A stretch of DNA of 63,694 nucleotides from Capsulimonadales bacterium (GCA_033762295.1 JANRLW010000073.1:1-63694), one strand, 5' to 3'. Counted from the first letter of the stretch, positions 19,293-29,372 are shown. A program made the numbers and translations. The notes: generated by a model from the letters alone, not told the origin.

Positions 19293-21191
19293 ATGGCTAA
19301 AGACATCATCGTCAACGCCGATGCCCGCGAATCCCGCATCGCCGTCCGCGAAGACAATCAACTGGTCGAACTCCACATCGAGCGGGAGGAGCGAGTCGTC
19401 GGTAGCATCTATAAGGGACGCGTCGAAAGCGTTCACCACGGAATGGATGCCTCGTTCGTCGATATCGGACTCGAAAAGAACGCGTTCCTCTTCGCCGGAG
19501 ATATCGTCCCCGGCGGCGGCGATACCGACGAAAACGGCGACGGCGACAATGACGCCGTCCATGACCGACGCGGACGACGTCCCCGACAGCACTCCGGCAT
19601 CACCTCCCTGGTCAAACGCGGACAGGAGATCCTCGTTCAGGTCATGAAAGGCCCGCGCGGCAGCAAAGGCGCGCGCGTCACCACCCGGATCTCCCTGCCG
19701 GGCCGCTATCTCGTTTATATGCCCGAGGAGGCGTCCGTCGGCGTCTCGCGCAAAATCGAGGACTCGCGCGAACGCGACCGGCTGAAGCGGATCATCGAGG
19801 GCATTCGCGCCACCAACTCCCACGGGAAACCCACCTACGGATTGATCGTTCGTACCGAGGCCGAGGGCAAGACCGAACGCGAACTGCGCCAGGATCTCGA
19901 GTTTCTGGAGCGGACCTGGGCCGATATTCGGCAGAAATCCGCCGTCACCCCGGCGCCGAACCTGGTCTATGCCGACCTGACCCTGCTCTTCCGCATTCTT
20001 CGCGATACCTTCGGACAGGAGGTGCATCGCCTGATCCTCGATTCCCCCGACGATTACCGCCGGGCGCACGAACTCCTCGATTTCTTCGGTCCCGCCCTGA
20101 AGGACCGTGTGGAACTGTACGACGGCGAAAAACCGATCTTCGAACACTTCGGCATCGAACAGGATATCCAGCGACTGCTGGAAAAACGCGTCTGGCTCAA
20201 ATCGGGCGGGTATCTGGTCATCGATCAGGCGGAAGCTCTGGTCGCCATCGACGTCAACTCCGGCCGCTTCACCGGCCAGACGACCGGACTTAACGACACC
20301 ATCGTCCAGACCAACCTGGAAGCGGTCAACGAAATCGCCCGGCAGTTGCGCCTGCGCGATCTTGGCGGCATCATCGTGCTCGACCTGATCGACATGAGCA
20401 ATCAGGCCGACCGGAAGCGGGTGGAGGTCGCCCTGGAAGCGGCTCTCAACAAAGACAAAGCACGGTGGCGGATCGGACACATCTCGCCGATGGGTCTTAT
20501 GGAAATGACGCGCAAACGTACCGGCGAGGCCGTCAACGAACAGATGACGGAGGCCTGTCCGTACTGCACCGGTCTCGGCAAAATCGCCGCCCCGGACACG
20601 GTCGCCATCAATATTCAGCGCGACCTGCGCCGGCTCTCCAAAATCCAGGGAGGCGACGCTTTCCTCGTTCGTTGCCATCCGCACGTCGCGTCGCATCTGG
20701 TCGGCGAGGACGGCGAGGAGATCGAAGCGCTCGAACATCTCCTGCAGCGAGGGATCTACGTTCGCGTCGACGAGAAACTGCACCAGGAAAAATATGAGAT
20801 CCAGCCCGGTAAAATGGACGACTTCGACCGCCGCCAGCTTCCCTACCACCGGGGTCAGGTCGTCGAGGTGACCGTGATGCGGGGCGGCCTCGCCACCGCC
20901 CCGGCCGCGACCGCCTATACCTCCAGCGGCTATCTGGTCCATCTGGAACAGGGCGCGCGGTTTGTCGGCGCGCATATCCGGGTACGGCTCGTCCGCGTCG
21001 GACGCTCCTCCTCGACCGGCGAACTGATGACCAAGGGCGGGGACAACCCGCCGGCAAACGCGCCGACACCGCCTCCGGCCCTGTCCGAACCGCCCCGGCG
21101 CGAGGATTCGCCCGGCGGCAACGCCCCGCGGAACGGCAACAACCGCAACCGCCGGAACCGGAATCGCCAACGCGACCGCCAGCCGGCCTGA
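19293..21191 (+). CDS. rng: Rne/Rng family ribonuclease with C-terminal TRAM-like domain and basic tail
   Basis: GSIYKGRV, SFVDIG, KGARVTTRISLPGRYLV, AIDVNSG, RLRDLGGIIVLDLIDM, CPYCTG. Confidence 0.94.
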   Translation: MAKDIIVNADARESRIAVREDNQLVELHIEREERVVGSIYKGRVESVHHGMDASFVDIGLEKNAFLFAGDIVPGGGDTDENGDGDNDAVHDRRGRRPRQHSGITSLVKRGQEILVQVMKGPRGSKGARVTTRISLPGRYLVYMPEEASVGVSRKIEDSRERDRLKRIIEGIRATNSHGKPTYGLIVRTEAEGKTERELRQDLEFLERTWADIRQKSAVTPAPNLVYADLTLLFRILRDTFGQEVHRLILDSPDDYRRAHELLDFFGPALKDRVELYDGEKPIFEHFGIEQDIQRLLEKRVWLKSGGYLVIDQAEALVAIDVNSGRFTGQTTGLNDTIVQTNLEAVNEIARQLRLRDLGGIIVLDLIDMSNQADRKRVEVALEAALNKDKARWRIGHISPMGLMEMTRKRTGEAVNEQMTEACPYCTGLGKIAAPDTVAINIQRDLRRLSKIQGGDAFLVRCHPHVASHLVGEDGEEIEALEHLLQRGIYVRVDEKLHQEKYEIQPGKMDDFDRRQLPYHRGQVVEVTVMRGGLATAPAATAYTSSGYLVHLEQGARFVGAHIRVRLVRVGRSSSTGELMTKGGDNPPANAPTPPPALSEPPRREDSPGGNAPRNGNNRNRRNRNRQRDRQPA

Positions 21192-21195
21192 TCCG

Positions 21196-21717
21196 GTGAC
21201 CGACCGGATGCGCCTTCGGGACGCCGACCTCACCGACCTTCCGGGGATCGTCGACATTTACAATGCGTCGATCCCCGGACGTCTCGCGACCGCCGACACT
21301 GAACCGATCACGGTTGAGAGCCGACAGGAATGGTTCGCGCGGTTCTCACCCGATCGTCGCCCCCTCTGGGTCGTCGAGGAGGGCGACATACTCTGCGGGT
21401 GGCTCGCGTTCGGATGGTTTTACGGGGGACGGCCCGCTTACGACGCGACCGCGGAGATCAGCGTCTATGTCGCGCCCGGTAAACAGCGAAAGGGCGTCGG
21501 CCGATTTCTGGTGACGGAAGCGGTTCGCCGCGCCCCGACTCTGGGGATCCGGACCCTGCTCTATTTCGTCTTCGCGCATAACGAGCCGAGCCTCCGGCTC
21601 TGCCGCGCCTTCGGTTTTTCGGAGTGGGGTTACCTGCCCGCCATCGCCTGCCTGGACGGGGTGGAACGCGATCTGGCGATCTACGGTCTGCGCCTGCGCG
21701 ATCCGGCGACCGAATAG
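21196..21717 (+). CDS. GNAT N-acetyltransferase (phosphinothricin acetyltransferase/YncA-like)
   Basis: IVDIYNASI, TAEISVYV, QRKGVGRFL, HNEPSLRL. Confidence 0.9.
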   Translation: MTDRMRLRDADLTDLPGIVDIYNASIPGRLATADTEPITVESRQEWFARFSPDRRPLWVVEEGDILCGWLAFGWFYGGRPAYDATAEISVYVAPGKQRKGVGRFLVTEAVRRAPTLGIRTLLYFVFAHNEPSLRLCRAFGFSEWGYLPAIACLDGVERDLAIYGLRLRDPATE

Positions 21718-21736
21718 CAAGCCGGGACCGAAACGG

Positions 21737-22645
21737 TCACGGCTTTTTCCGGTAGACCCGAATGTAATCCACCTCCATCGTTCCCGGAAACGGCGTCGTA
21801 TCATCCGGCATTCCCGGCCAATCGCCGCCGACCGCGAGGTTGGCGATCACATACATCGGGACCTGCGGCACCTGCCGACCGGTTCGCGCCCGTTCCCGCC
21901 CGTCGACATACCAGAGGATCTCGTCGGGCTTCCAGTGCGCGGCGAAGACATGGAAGTTTTTGGAAAAATCCGGCCCGTCGAACTCCTGCGTCTGATGTTC
22001 GTGGACACCCTTCCGGTTCGCCCAGTGGTTGGAAAAGTACACGCGATCGGTTTCATGTCCCAGGATCTCGAGCACGTCGATTTCGGGCGGCCAGGTCCGG
22101 GTATTCGGCAGCAGCCAGAACGCCGGCCACATTCCCTGCCCCTTCGGGAACCGGGCGCGGATCTCGAACCACCCGTATTTTTGCATGAAGCGACCGTGGG
22201 AGGAAACCATGCCGGACGTGTACGGCTTCCCGCCCATTTCGCGACGGAGAGCGGTAAACGTCATCCGCCCCCCGCCAACGGTCACGCCGTCCGGCGCATA
22301 GAACTGCTGTTCGTTATTGCTATGGGTCCGAACGCCACCGGGATAGCAATCGAGCCATTTCGCGCCGTTCAGCCGATTCCCGTCGAATTCGTCCGAGAAG
22401 GTGAGGGTCCAGAGGTTCGGGGCCGTCTGAGGCGTCCCCGGCGCGGGGGGCGGTTCCGGACGCCGTTCGACCGACGCGGGTTCGGACGCCGGAACCGCCG
22501 CATCGACGTCCGCCGACGTTTCCACGGTGGCGGGCGCCTCGTCGGCATAGGCAACTGCCTGTATCTTTCGCACCCCGAGCCAGCCGCCGCACATGACTCC
22601 CGCCGTCGCTACAAACGCGGCGATCACTTTCATCTGGTAGTTCAT
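21737..22645 (-). CDS. glycoside hydrolase family 16 (laminarinase-like), membrane-anchored or exported
   Basis: FSDEFDG, WPAFWLL, EIDVLE catalytic motif, NLAVGGDW; start could be 22684. Confidence 0.92.
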   Translation of the reverse strand: MNYQMKVIAAFVATAGVMCGGWLGVRKIQAVAYADEAPATVETSADVDAAVPASEPASVERRPEPPPAPGTPQTAPNLWTLTFSDEFDGNRLNGAKWLDCYPGGVRTHSNNEQQFYAPDGVTVGGGRMTFTALRREMGGKPYTSGMVSSHGRFMQKYGWFEIRARFPKGQGMWPAFWLLPNTRTWPPEIDVLEILGHETDRVYFSNHWANRKGVHEHQTQEFDGPDFSKNFHVFAAHWKPDEILWYVDGRERARTGRQVPQVPMYVIANLAVGGDWPGMPDDTTPFPGTMEVDYIRVYRKKP

Positions 22646-22696
22646 TCCGGGTGGATCTTCCTTCGTTTCTTCCCGAGGGTTCAACCGATGAGCCGT

Positions 22697-23272
22697 TTAC
22701 TTGCGTAGCAGCCGAATACTCGCCAGTTCGACCGCGTTTTTCGCCTGACCGAACTGGAACGTCAGAAAGAACACCTTTTCCGGATGCTTGTCCACCCGCA
22801 GATCGACCGTGTACTCCTTCCACTGTGTGGTCAGAGCGATTGGCTGCTGCGAATCGGTCGTATACGGAGCGACGGTCGCCTGGGTCATCACCGTAATCTC
22901 CCGTTCCGCCGTCGACCGCGCGAGGAATTTCAACTGCGCCTTTCCGGACGGAATCTGGGCGGTCGGGACCTGAATATGGTATCCGATGCTCCAGGGATGC
23001 GGTCCCGGCTCGAAAATATCGAACCGAACCGGGTCCTTCAGATCGGGGCGGTCCGCCTGAAGCGGTCGCCTGGCGAGACTTGCCCCGGGATCGGAGTACG
23101 CTTCCCAGAGGCTCGCCTTCAGCGGCACCTGTTCGGGGGAACTCGCGACGCGGGGCGCGGCCGTCGCGGACCGGGTAATGGGCTTCAGCGGAAAGAGGCG
23201 GGGCAACACGGCCAGAGAGGCCATGACGCTCAACAGGACGGCGACACCCAGCGGTTTGATGATGACTCGCAT
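22697..23272 (-). CDS. exported carbohydrate-binding (CBM4/9-like) protein
   Basis: N-terminal hydrophobic helix; PHPWSIG, LKFLARS, LTTQWKEY, FQFGQ...VELASIRL beta-sandwich pattern. Confidence 0.65.
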   Translation of the reverse strand: MRVIIKPLGVAVLLSVMASLAVLPRLFPLKPITRSATAAPRVASSPEQVPLKASLWEAYSDPGASLARRPLQADRPDLKDPVRFDIFEPGPHPWSIGYHIQVPTAQIPSGKAQLKFLARSTAEREITVMTQATVAPYTTDSQQPIALTTQWKEYTVDLRVDKHPEKVFFLTFQFGQAKNAVELASIRLLRK

Positions 23273-23452
23273 TCTTGGTTCCCCTGTGTCCGCGGCGCGC
23301 TTCGAGGAGACGGCACGGTCCCGCGGACGAGATAACGTGAGATTACAACGTGATTATCGGACAGCCTTTTGAAAACAACAGGTCTTTTGAGAGTATGGAC
23401 AGGCAAATCGGAGGGGAACCGGGCGGTGTTCCCGCACCGTCTTCTGTAGAAG

Positions 23453-23929
23453 ATGCAAATCGGTCTGCTGATCCTGCTCCGTATGCTGGCGGCGTTTTTC
23501 CTGCTGCCGGTTCCGGCCGGGGCGATGCCGACCTTGCCGGCGGTATCGTCCGTCCGTCCCCCCGCCGTGAAACCGGACCTCTCCCCGAGGCAACCGGTTT
23601 TCCTTGCGGAGTTCCTGCGACCGGCCCTGCCCGAAGCGCGTTCCGTCCGAAACCCGCCGAATCCGTCCGGTCCGTCCGCAGCCCCGGAAGTCGCCGATTG
23701 CCCTTTGTTTTCCTGGCAGTACGGTTCGTCGCTTCCCGATCCGGTCGGCGTCGGACGACCCGCTAACTCCGTACTTCGCTCGCCTGTCCGGCCCTGCCCG
23801 TCGCGCGCTCCGCCGTTTCGACCGTCTCCATCCCCCTCGAACGTCCCGCGCCCGAAACGGAAAGGAAACTGCCATGCCGGCAAGCAACCACGAAACGCGT
23901 CCGCCTCGCTGGGTCCGCGACTTCGGTGA
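23453..23929 (+). CDS. putative regulatory leader peptide (signal peptide, Pro-rich, RAPP motif; DUF2946/CruR-like)
   Basis: Hydrophobic N-terminus ending in AGA, then DCPL, then SRAPP at 23801-23815; overlaps the next gene. Confidence 0.55.
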   Translation: MQIGLLILLRMLAAFFLLPVPAGAMPTLPAVSSVRPPAVKPDLSPRQPVFLAEFLRPALPEARSVRNPPNPSGPSAAPEVADCPLFSWQYGSSLPDPVGVGRPANSVLRSPVRPCPSRAPPFRPSPSPSNVPRPKRKGNCHAGKQPRNASASLGPRLR

Positions 23930-24038
23930 ACGGCTTCTCTATCTGATCCTGGCGCTCTGCGCCGTTGGCCTGCTGTTCGCCGTCGCTATCGAAGTCCCCT
24001 GGCTCAGAAGCCTCCTTTTCCCGGAGGCCAAAGGATGA
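23874..24038 (+). CDS. 54-aa single-TM membrane protein
   Basis: SD AAAGGA; TM LLYLILALCAVGLLFAVAI; ATGA overlap with the antiporter. Confidence 0.65.
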   Translation: MPASNHETRPPRWVRDFGERLLYLILALCAVGLLFAVAIEVPWLRSLLFPEAKG

Positions 24039-25768
24039 ACGGCCATTCCGGAACCGAATTTCTCACCCAGATCGGTATCGTGCTCGGTGCGGCCCTGCTG
24101 AGCGGGCTTGCCGCCCGCGCACTGGGCCTCCCGGTCCTGATCGGTTATCTCCTGGCCGGCCTTCTGGTTGGCCCGCACACGCCCGGTGTCGTCGCGGACC
24201 GGGCCGTCCTCGGCACGGTCGCCGACCTGGGCGTCGCCCTGCTGATGTTCACGGTCGGGGTCCGCTTCTCCCTGCAGGAGTTGAATCAGGTGCGACGAAT
24301 CGCTCTGGTCGGCGGCACGACCCAGATCGCCGGAACGGCGGTTCTCGGCGTCCTCCTCGGACTCCTGTTCGGGTGGGGCGCGTATGCCGGCCTTTTCCTG
24401 GGTTGTGCGCTGGCTCTTTCCTCCACGGCGGTCGTTTTGAAGATCCTCGAGGAGCGGGGCGAGCAGGGAACCACACACGGTCACATTTTGCTCGGATTGC
24501 TGGTCGTCCAGGATCTCTCGCTGGTACTGATGATCGTTCTGCTGCCCGCCCTCGCCGCGCTGAGTACGGAAGGGGTTACCGCCCTGGTCGATGTCGGCAT
24601 CGCTTTGCTCAAAGCGGCGCTCTTCCTGGCAGGGACGATTCTTCTGGCGACGCGCGGCGTCCCCGGACTGTTCGATCGGGTTGCCCGGACCGGATCACGG
24701 GAGCTTTTCCTGTTGACCGTGGTCAGCCTGTGCCTGGCGGCCAGCGTCGCCGCCGAGCGTCTCGGACTCGGACTTCTACTGGGCGCGTTCCTTGCCGGAA
24801 TCGTCGTCTCCGAATCCGGCTTTGCTCAGGAGGTGTTCACCCAGGTTCGACCGCTGCGCGATGTTTTCGCCGCGCTCTTCTTTGTTTCGGTCGGAATGCT
24901 TCTCGATCCCGGCTTCCTCGCCGGAAACGCACTGCCGATCGGCGCGGTCGTTCTGACCATCCTCGTCGGAAAGACACTGGTGACGGTCCTGCCGCTGCGG
25001 TACCTCGGTCTGCCCGGTCGAACGATCGTCCGCACGGGCTTGGGACTGGCTCAGATCGGCGAGTTCTCTTTCGTGCTCGCCTCGGTCGGTGCGGCGGGCG
25101 GGCTGATCGCCCAGGAAATCGGGAATATCATCCTTTCCGCCGCGCTGGTAACGATCCTTCTGACACCGTTTGTTTACGGCAGTGCGGACCCCGTGTACCA
25201 ATCTCTCCTTCGCGTTCCCCGTCTTCAGCGGTGGCTGAACGGGCCGACCCCCACGGTCGAACGTTCCGATTCCCCCGCCGCCGTCTGCGGGCCGGACGCC
25301 TCACGGGTGGTGATCCTGGGCGCGGGACGAGTCGGCCGGTACGTCTCGGACGCTCTCCGGGCGCACGATATTCTCCATACCGTGATCGATTACGACGGCA
25401 ACGCACTGGAACGCCTGCGCGACAACGCGGCGACGATCTATGGCGACGCGACCAGCGAGATCGTACTCGAACAAACCGCGCCGGAGTGCGCCGAACTGGC
25501 GATCATCGCCCTGCCCGACGCGGATTCGACCGAAATCGCCCTCCGTCAGATCAAGCGGATGGCGCCTTCTTTGCCGGTCGTCGTTCGGGTCCATCGCGGC
25601 ATCGACATCCCCCGGATGCGTAAGGCGGGCGCGGATACCGTGATCCATGCCGAGTTCGAGGCCGGTACCGAGATGATCCGGCAGGGATTGGATCGTCTGG
25701 GCATTCGGGATCCGGAAGTGGACGCCTACATCGGCGCGGTCCGCGAACGACGTTATAGAGAAGGCTGA
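24035..25768 (+). CDS. CPA2 cation:proton antiporter with TrkA-N/RCK domain (YbaL/Kef-like)
   Basis: LGVALLMFTVG, LSSTAVV, LVVQDL, PLRDVFAALFFVSVG, LAQIGEFSFVL; RCK motifs GAGRVG and YGDAT. Confidence 0.93.
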   Translation: MNGHSGTEFLTQIGIVLGAALLSGLAARALGLPVLIGYLLAGLLVGPHTPGVVADRAVLGTVADLGVALLMFTVGVRFSLQELNQVRRIALVGGTTQIAGTAVLGVLLGLLFGWGAYAGLFLGCALALSSTAVVLKILEERGEQGTTHGHILLGLLVVQDLSLVLMIVLLPALAALSTEGVTALVDVGIALLKAALFLAGTILLATRGVPGLFDRVARTGSRELFLLTVVSLCLAASVAAERLGLGLLLGAFLAGIVVSESGFAQEVFTQVRPLRDVFAALFFVSVGMLLDPGFLAGNALPIGAVVLTILVGKTLVTVLPLRYLGLPGRTIVRTGLGLAQIGEFSFVLASVGAAGGLIAQEIGNIILSAALVTILLTPFVYGSADPVYQSLLRVPRLQRWLNGPTPTVERSDSPAAVCGPDASRVVILGAGRVGRYVSDALRAHDILHTVIDYDGNALERLRDNAATIYGDATSEIVLEQTAPECAELAIIALPDADSTEIALRQIKRMAPSLPVVVRVHRGIDIPRMRKAGADTVIHAEFEAGTEMIRQGLDRLGIRDPEVDAYIGAVRERRYREG

Positions 25769-25911
25769 GACGTACACCGCCGATTCCCCTCGCTTCGGTC
25801 CGTTTCCGATCGAGGGAGGATTTTCGGCGGGAGCGAAGGAAACGGAGTTCGGACGGCGTCATGCCGTTACAGGATCATGTCACAGGGTTGGCCCGGGAGG
25901 ATGCCCGTATC

Positions 25912-27213
25912 ATGACACGCCGACAATGGCTCCGGGGAGCGACCGCCCTGGTCTTTCAGCCGGACAGGGGATTTCGGGACACCGGATCGCTTCTGGCCGG
26001 GGCGGCCAGGCGCGTCATCACCCCCGACCCGCTGCTTCCCCTGTCGGGCGGGATGGGTCCCCCGCAACCCGCCCTCCGGAAACAGGGAGAGTTGACCGTC
26101 CGCGCCCTCTATCTTCGCCGGGGCGAGACCGCCATTGCCATTGTCGGTCTGGACCTTCTCGGCTTTCCCGGAGTCCTGGCGGACCGTGTCCGCGCCCGGG
26201 TTCCCCGACTGAAGCCGGAAGCGATTCTGATCGGCGCCACCCACACCCATAGTGCGCCCGACTGCTATGCCTTTCCGGACGGGAAGGGCGGTCATACCGG
26301 CGACCTGAAATACCTCGACCGGGTTTGCGTCCTCGCCGCCGAGGCCGTCAACGAGGCGATCGATCGCGCCCGGCCCGCCCGCCTCCGGGTCGGAACGGAC
26401 GAAGCGCGCGGGAAGATCGCCTACAACTACTACGCACCCGACCTTTACGACCGGCGGATGTCGGTCCTGCAGGCGACCGCCGACGACGGAAGGGCGATTG
26501 TCACCCTGGTCAACTACGCGATCCATCCGGAGGTGATCGGCAACGGGCAGGGCATCCTGAGTCCGGACCTCTGCGGACCGCTCTATGACCGCATCGAGGA
26601 GAAGGCGGGCGGAATCGCGCTCTTCATGAACGGAGCGCAGGGCGGGATGGTCACCGCCGACAACCGCTCGCCGGAGAAGCTGAAGGACCCTCTGCGCGGG
26701 TACTGGGAGGATGAGCGTACCTGGGAGGAGTGCGTCCGCATCGGCAACACGATGGCCGACGAGGCGTTGCGGATCATCGGCAACGCCCCGGTTCAGGACC
26801 ATCCGGGCCTCGTCCTGCGAAGCGTTCGGGTTACTCTTCCGGTCTCCTCCCCGGAGATGTGGCAGGTCGTCACGCAGTCTCCGCTGGGCTATCCGCACGG
26901 CAAGGAGCGGACGATACGGACGCGCCTTGCCCTGGTGAACGTGGGGGACGCCCAGATCCTGACGATTCCCGGCGAGGCCCTGCCCAATATCGGGTTCTTC
27001 CTCAAGCGGAAGATGCGCGGACGACACAACCTGCTGTTCGGCCTGACGAACGACGCCTTCGGCTATATCCTGACCGAGGTGGACTTCCGGAGCTTCCCCC
27101 GGTACGAGTATGTCTCCCGCACATCACTGGGCGAGCAGACCGGCCCGCTTTTGATCCGGAAATGGCTGGAACTGATCCGGAACAGTCCGCGTCCCGACGC
27201 CGGACCGGGGTAG
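25912..27213 (+). CDS. neutral/alkaline ceramidase-like hydrolase, possible Tat signal
   Basis: MTRRQWL; ATHTHSAP, NYAIHP, NGAQGG, TIPGE, GLTNDAFGY; alternative start 25861. Confidence 0.75.
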   Translation: MTRRQWLRGATALVFQPDRGFRDTGSLLAGAARRVITPDPLLPLSGGMGPPQPALRKQGELTVRALYLRRGETAIAIVGLDLLGFPGVLADRVRARVPRLKPEAILIGATHTHSAPDCYAFPDGKGGHTGDLKYLDRVCVLAAEAVNEAIDRARPARLRVGTDEARGKIAYNYYAPDLYDRRMSVLQATADDGRAIVTLVNYAIHPEVIGNGQGILSPDLCGPLYDRIEEKAGGIALFMNGAQGGMVTADNRSPEKLKDPLRGYWEDERTWEECVRIGNTMADEALRIIGNAPVQDHPGLVLRSVRVTLPVSSPEMWQVVTQSPLGYPHGKERTIRTRLALVNVGDAQILTIPGEALPNIGFFLKRKMRGRHNLLFGLTNDAFGYILTEVDFRSFPRYEYVSRTSLGEQTGPLLIRKWLELIRNSPRPDAGPG

Positions 27214-27488
27214 ATCGACCGTACAAACCATCATGAGGTTAGGCACCGTTACCCTCCGTTCAAGAGCGGCTGTAAGAATCTCCGAAAATCCGCATTTTAC
27301 CGAGATGGCACTACATAGGAGTTTCCGCTGTTCCCGGCGAACCGGCTAGATAATGAAGCACACGGTCCACGACTCCGTCGTCAGTTTTATCCGGAACATT
27401 GCGGATGATTGCCTTCGGGTCTGGTCCGATCGTGCCGATGAAGCCGTCCGGTTTGGAATTGACATTCGATCGTTCGGGGAGTGAGGCG

Positions 27489-28151
27489 ATGTTATCAGCG
27501 TCTCAGCCTGATCGACGACCCGTGTCGCCGAAGATATACCATATTACCCACAGCGATAACCTGCCCTCTCTCATTGCGGATGGCTACCTCTGGTCGGATG
27601 CCGAATCGTTACGCCGTGGGACTGTCCGCACCACTATCGGCATGAGTGAGATCAAAAGACGCCGGCTGGAAGAGTTGGAGGTAGGGTGCTGTCCGGGGGC
27701 CAAGGTCGGCCAATTCGTCCCGTTCTACTTTTGCCCTCGTTCGATCATGCTCTATATCCTCTACCGAGGGGATGCACCGGGCCTTCATTATACGGGCGGA
27801 CAACGGCCCATCGTCCACATGGAAGCGGACCTGCGAGAAGCGGTTACATGGGCAAATGCCCACGGGCGGATGTGGGCTTTTTCCACCAGCAACGCCGGAG
27901 CCTACTACACCGACTTTTACAACGATCTCGGGAAACTGGACAGGATCGATTGGGAGGCAGTTCACGCGACGAACTGGCAACAGAGGAAAGAAGGGAAACA
28001 GGCCGAATACTTATCCTATCAATCCTTCCCATGGTATCTTATCCGTCGGATCGGCGTGATGGATGCAACCGTCGCCAAACAGGTCCGGGGTCATCTCACC
28101 GGAGCGACCCATATTCCTGAAGTGACCGTCATCCCGGAGTGGTACTATTAA
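27489..28151 (+). CDS. darT: DarT DNA ADP-ribosyltransferase toxin (DUF4433)
   Basis: IYHITHSDNL, FVPFYFCPRSIMLY, FSTSNAG, KQAE catalytic Glu, PEWYY terminus; start uncertain. Confidence 0.92.
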   Translation: MLSASQPDRRPVSPKIYHITHSDNLPSLIADGYLWSDAESLRRGTVRTTIGMSEIKRRRLEELEVGCCPGAKVGQFVPFYFCPRSIMLYILYRGDAPGLHYTGGQRPIVHMEADLREAVTWANAHGRMWAFSTSNAGAYYTDFYNDLGKLDRIDWEAVHATNWQQRKEGKQAEYLSYQSFPWYLIRRIGVMDATVAKQVRGHLTGATHIPEVTVIPEWYY

Positions 28152-28157
28152 CCACGA

Positions 28158-29198
28158 ATGATTCACATGGCCCAAGGCGATATATTGCAGGCGGACGCTG
28201 AAGCCCTCGTCAATACCGTTAATTGCGTGGGAGTAATGGGGCGCGGCGTCGCCCTTCAGTTCCGCAAAGCATACCCCGAAAACTTCAAGCTCTACAAATC
28301 CGTTTGTGATAAACAGGAACTGACGCCCGGTCAGGTGCTTACCTACTCGCGCGATACCCTGGAGCACCCGCGTTATATTATTAACTTCCCTACCAAGCGG
28401 CACTGGAAAGGCCACAGCCGGATCGAGTATATCGAAACCGGATTGGAGGCCCTGATTGCGGAGGTGCAACGACTCAACATCCGCTCCATCGCGATCCCCC
28501 CGCTGGGTTGCGGTCTGGGTGGTCTGGACTGGAACGACGTACGTCCCAGAATCGAGGCCGCTTTTCGCCAGCTTCTGGACGTCAAAGTACTGCTCTATGA
28601 ACCTGCGGGTGCGCCGACGCCCGGAGCAATGGTGAAGGAGAAGAAGATCCCGAGAATGTCCTTGGGGCGGGCCATTCTTCTTGCCTTGATCCGTCAATAT
28701 CTCTCTGCGCTCATGGACACCTCCGTTACTCTCCTGGAAATCCACAAATTAATGTACTTCATGGAAGAGGCAGGTGAACCGCTCGATCTGAGGTACAAGA
28801 AAGCTGCCTACGGTCCCTATTCCGAGAGGATGCGTCATGTGCTTAGCGCTATCGAAGGACATTTCCTCGCAGGGTACGGCGACGGTCAGGATGCACCGCA
28901 GAAGGCGATCGAAGTACTGCCGGGGGCGGACCTGAAAGCCATGGAGTTTCTACAGGAGCAACCGGAGACGCTGGAACGGTTGGATCGGGTTGCCGAACTG
29001 ATTCGCGGGTTTGAAACTCCTTTCGGGATGGAACTGCTATCCACCGTTTATTGGGTCGCTAAGTCCGAACAGGCTCCGAACATCGATGCGATCATCGCCG
29101 GAGTTTACGGGTGGAATCCGCACAAAGCGATCTTTCAGGAACGGCAAATCCGCCTTGCTTACGAAGTACTGCAAAAGCGGGGGTGGCTAACGGCCTGA
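28158..29198 (+). CDS. darG: DarG macrodomain antitoxin
   Basis: AEALVNTVNCVGVMGRGVALQF, INFPTKRHW, PPLGCGLGGLDW; C-terminal EIHKLMYF, YGPYS, GFETPFGMELLSTVYW. Confidence 0.94.
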   Translation: MIHMAQGDILQADAEALVNTVNCVGVMGRGVALQFRKAYPENFKLYKSVCDKQELTPGQVLTYSRDTLEHPRYIINFPTKRHWKGHSRIEYIETGLEALIAEVQRLNIRSIAIPPLGCGLGGLDWNDVRPRIEAAFRQLLDVKVLLYEPAGAPTPGAMVKEKKIPRMSLGRAILLALIRQYLSALMDTSVTLLEIHKLMYFMEEAGEPLDLRYKKAAYGPYSERMRHVLSAIEGHFLAGYGDGQDAPQKAIEVLPGADLKAMEFLQEQPETLERLDRVAELIRGFETPFGMELLSTVYWVAKSEQAPNIDAIIAGVYGWNPHKAIFQERQIRLAYEVLQKRGWLTA

Positions 29199-29372
29199 GA
29201 ACCCGTGGGTGGCGGAACGCCGGAATAGGGCAGACACGAAGGAAGAAATCACCCACATCGTTTCCCAAGGAAAGCCCAAATTTGCCGTGAAGGGTCGGAG
29301 CATCAAGAGCCATTCAATCGCACGTCAAAGCGCGAGGAATGGCTCTCGGAGAGGGCTTTTTGGGGAAAGAGG

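Noticed and set aside
27214..27488. att duplicate of tRNA-Asn or IS end left of darT
   Set aside because: Only a ~6-nt match (TCCCGG) and no paired inverted repeats; not distinguishable from chance
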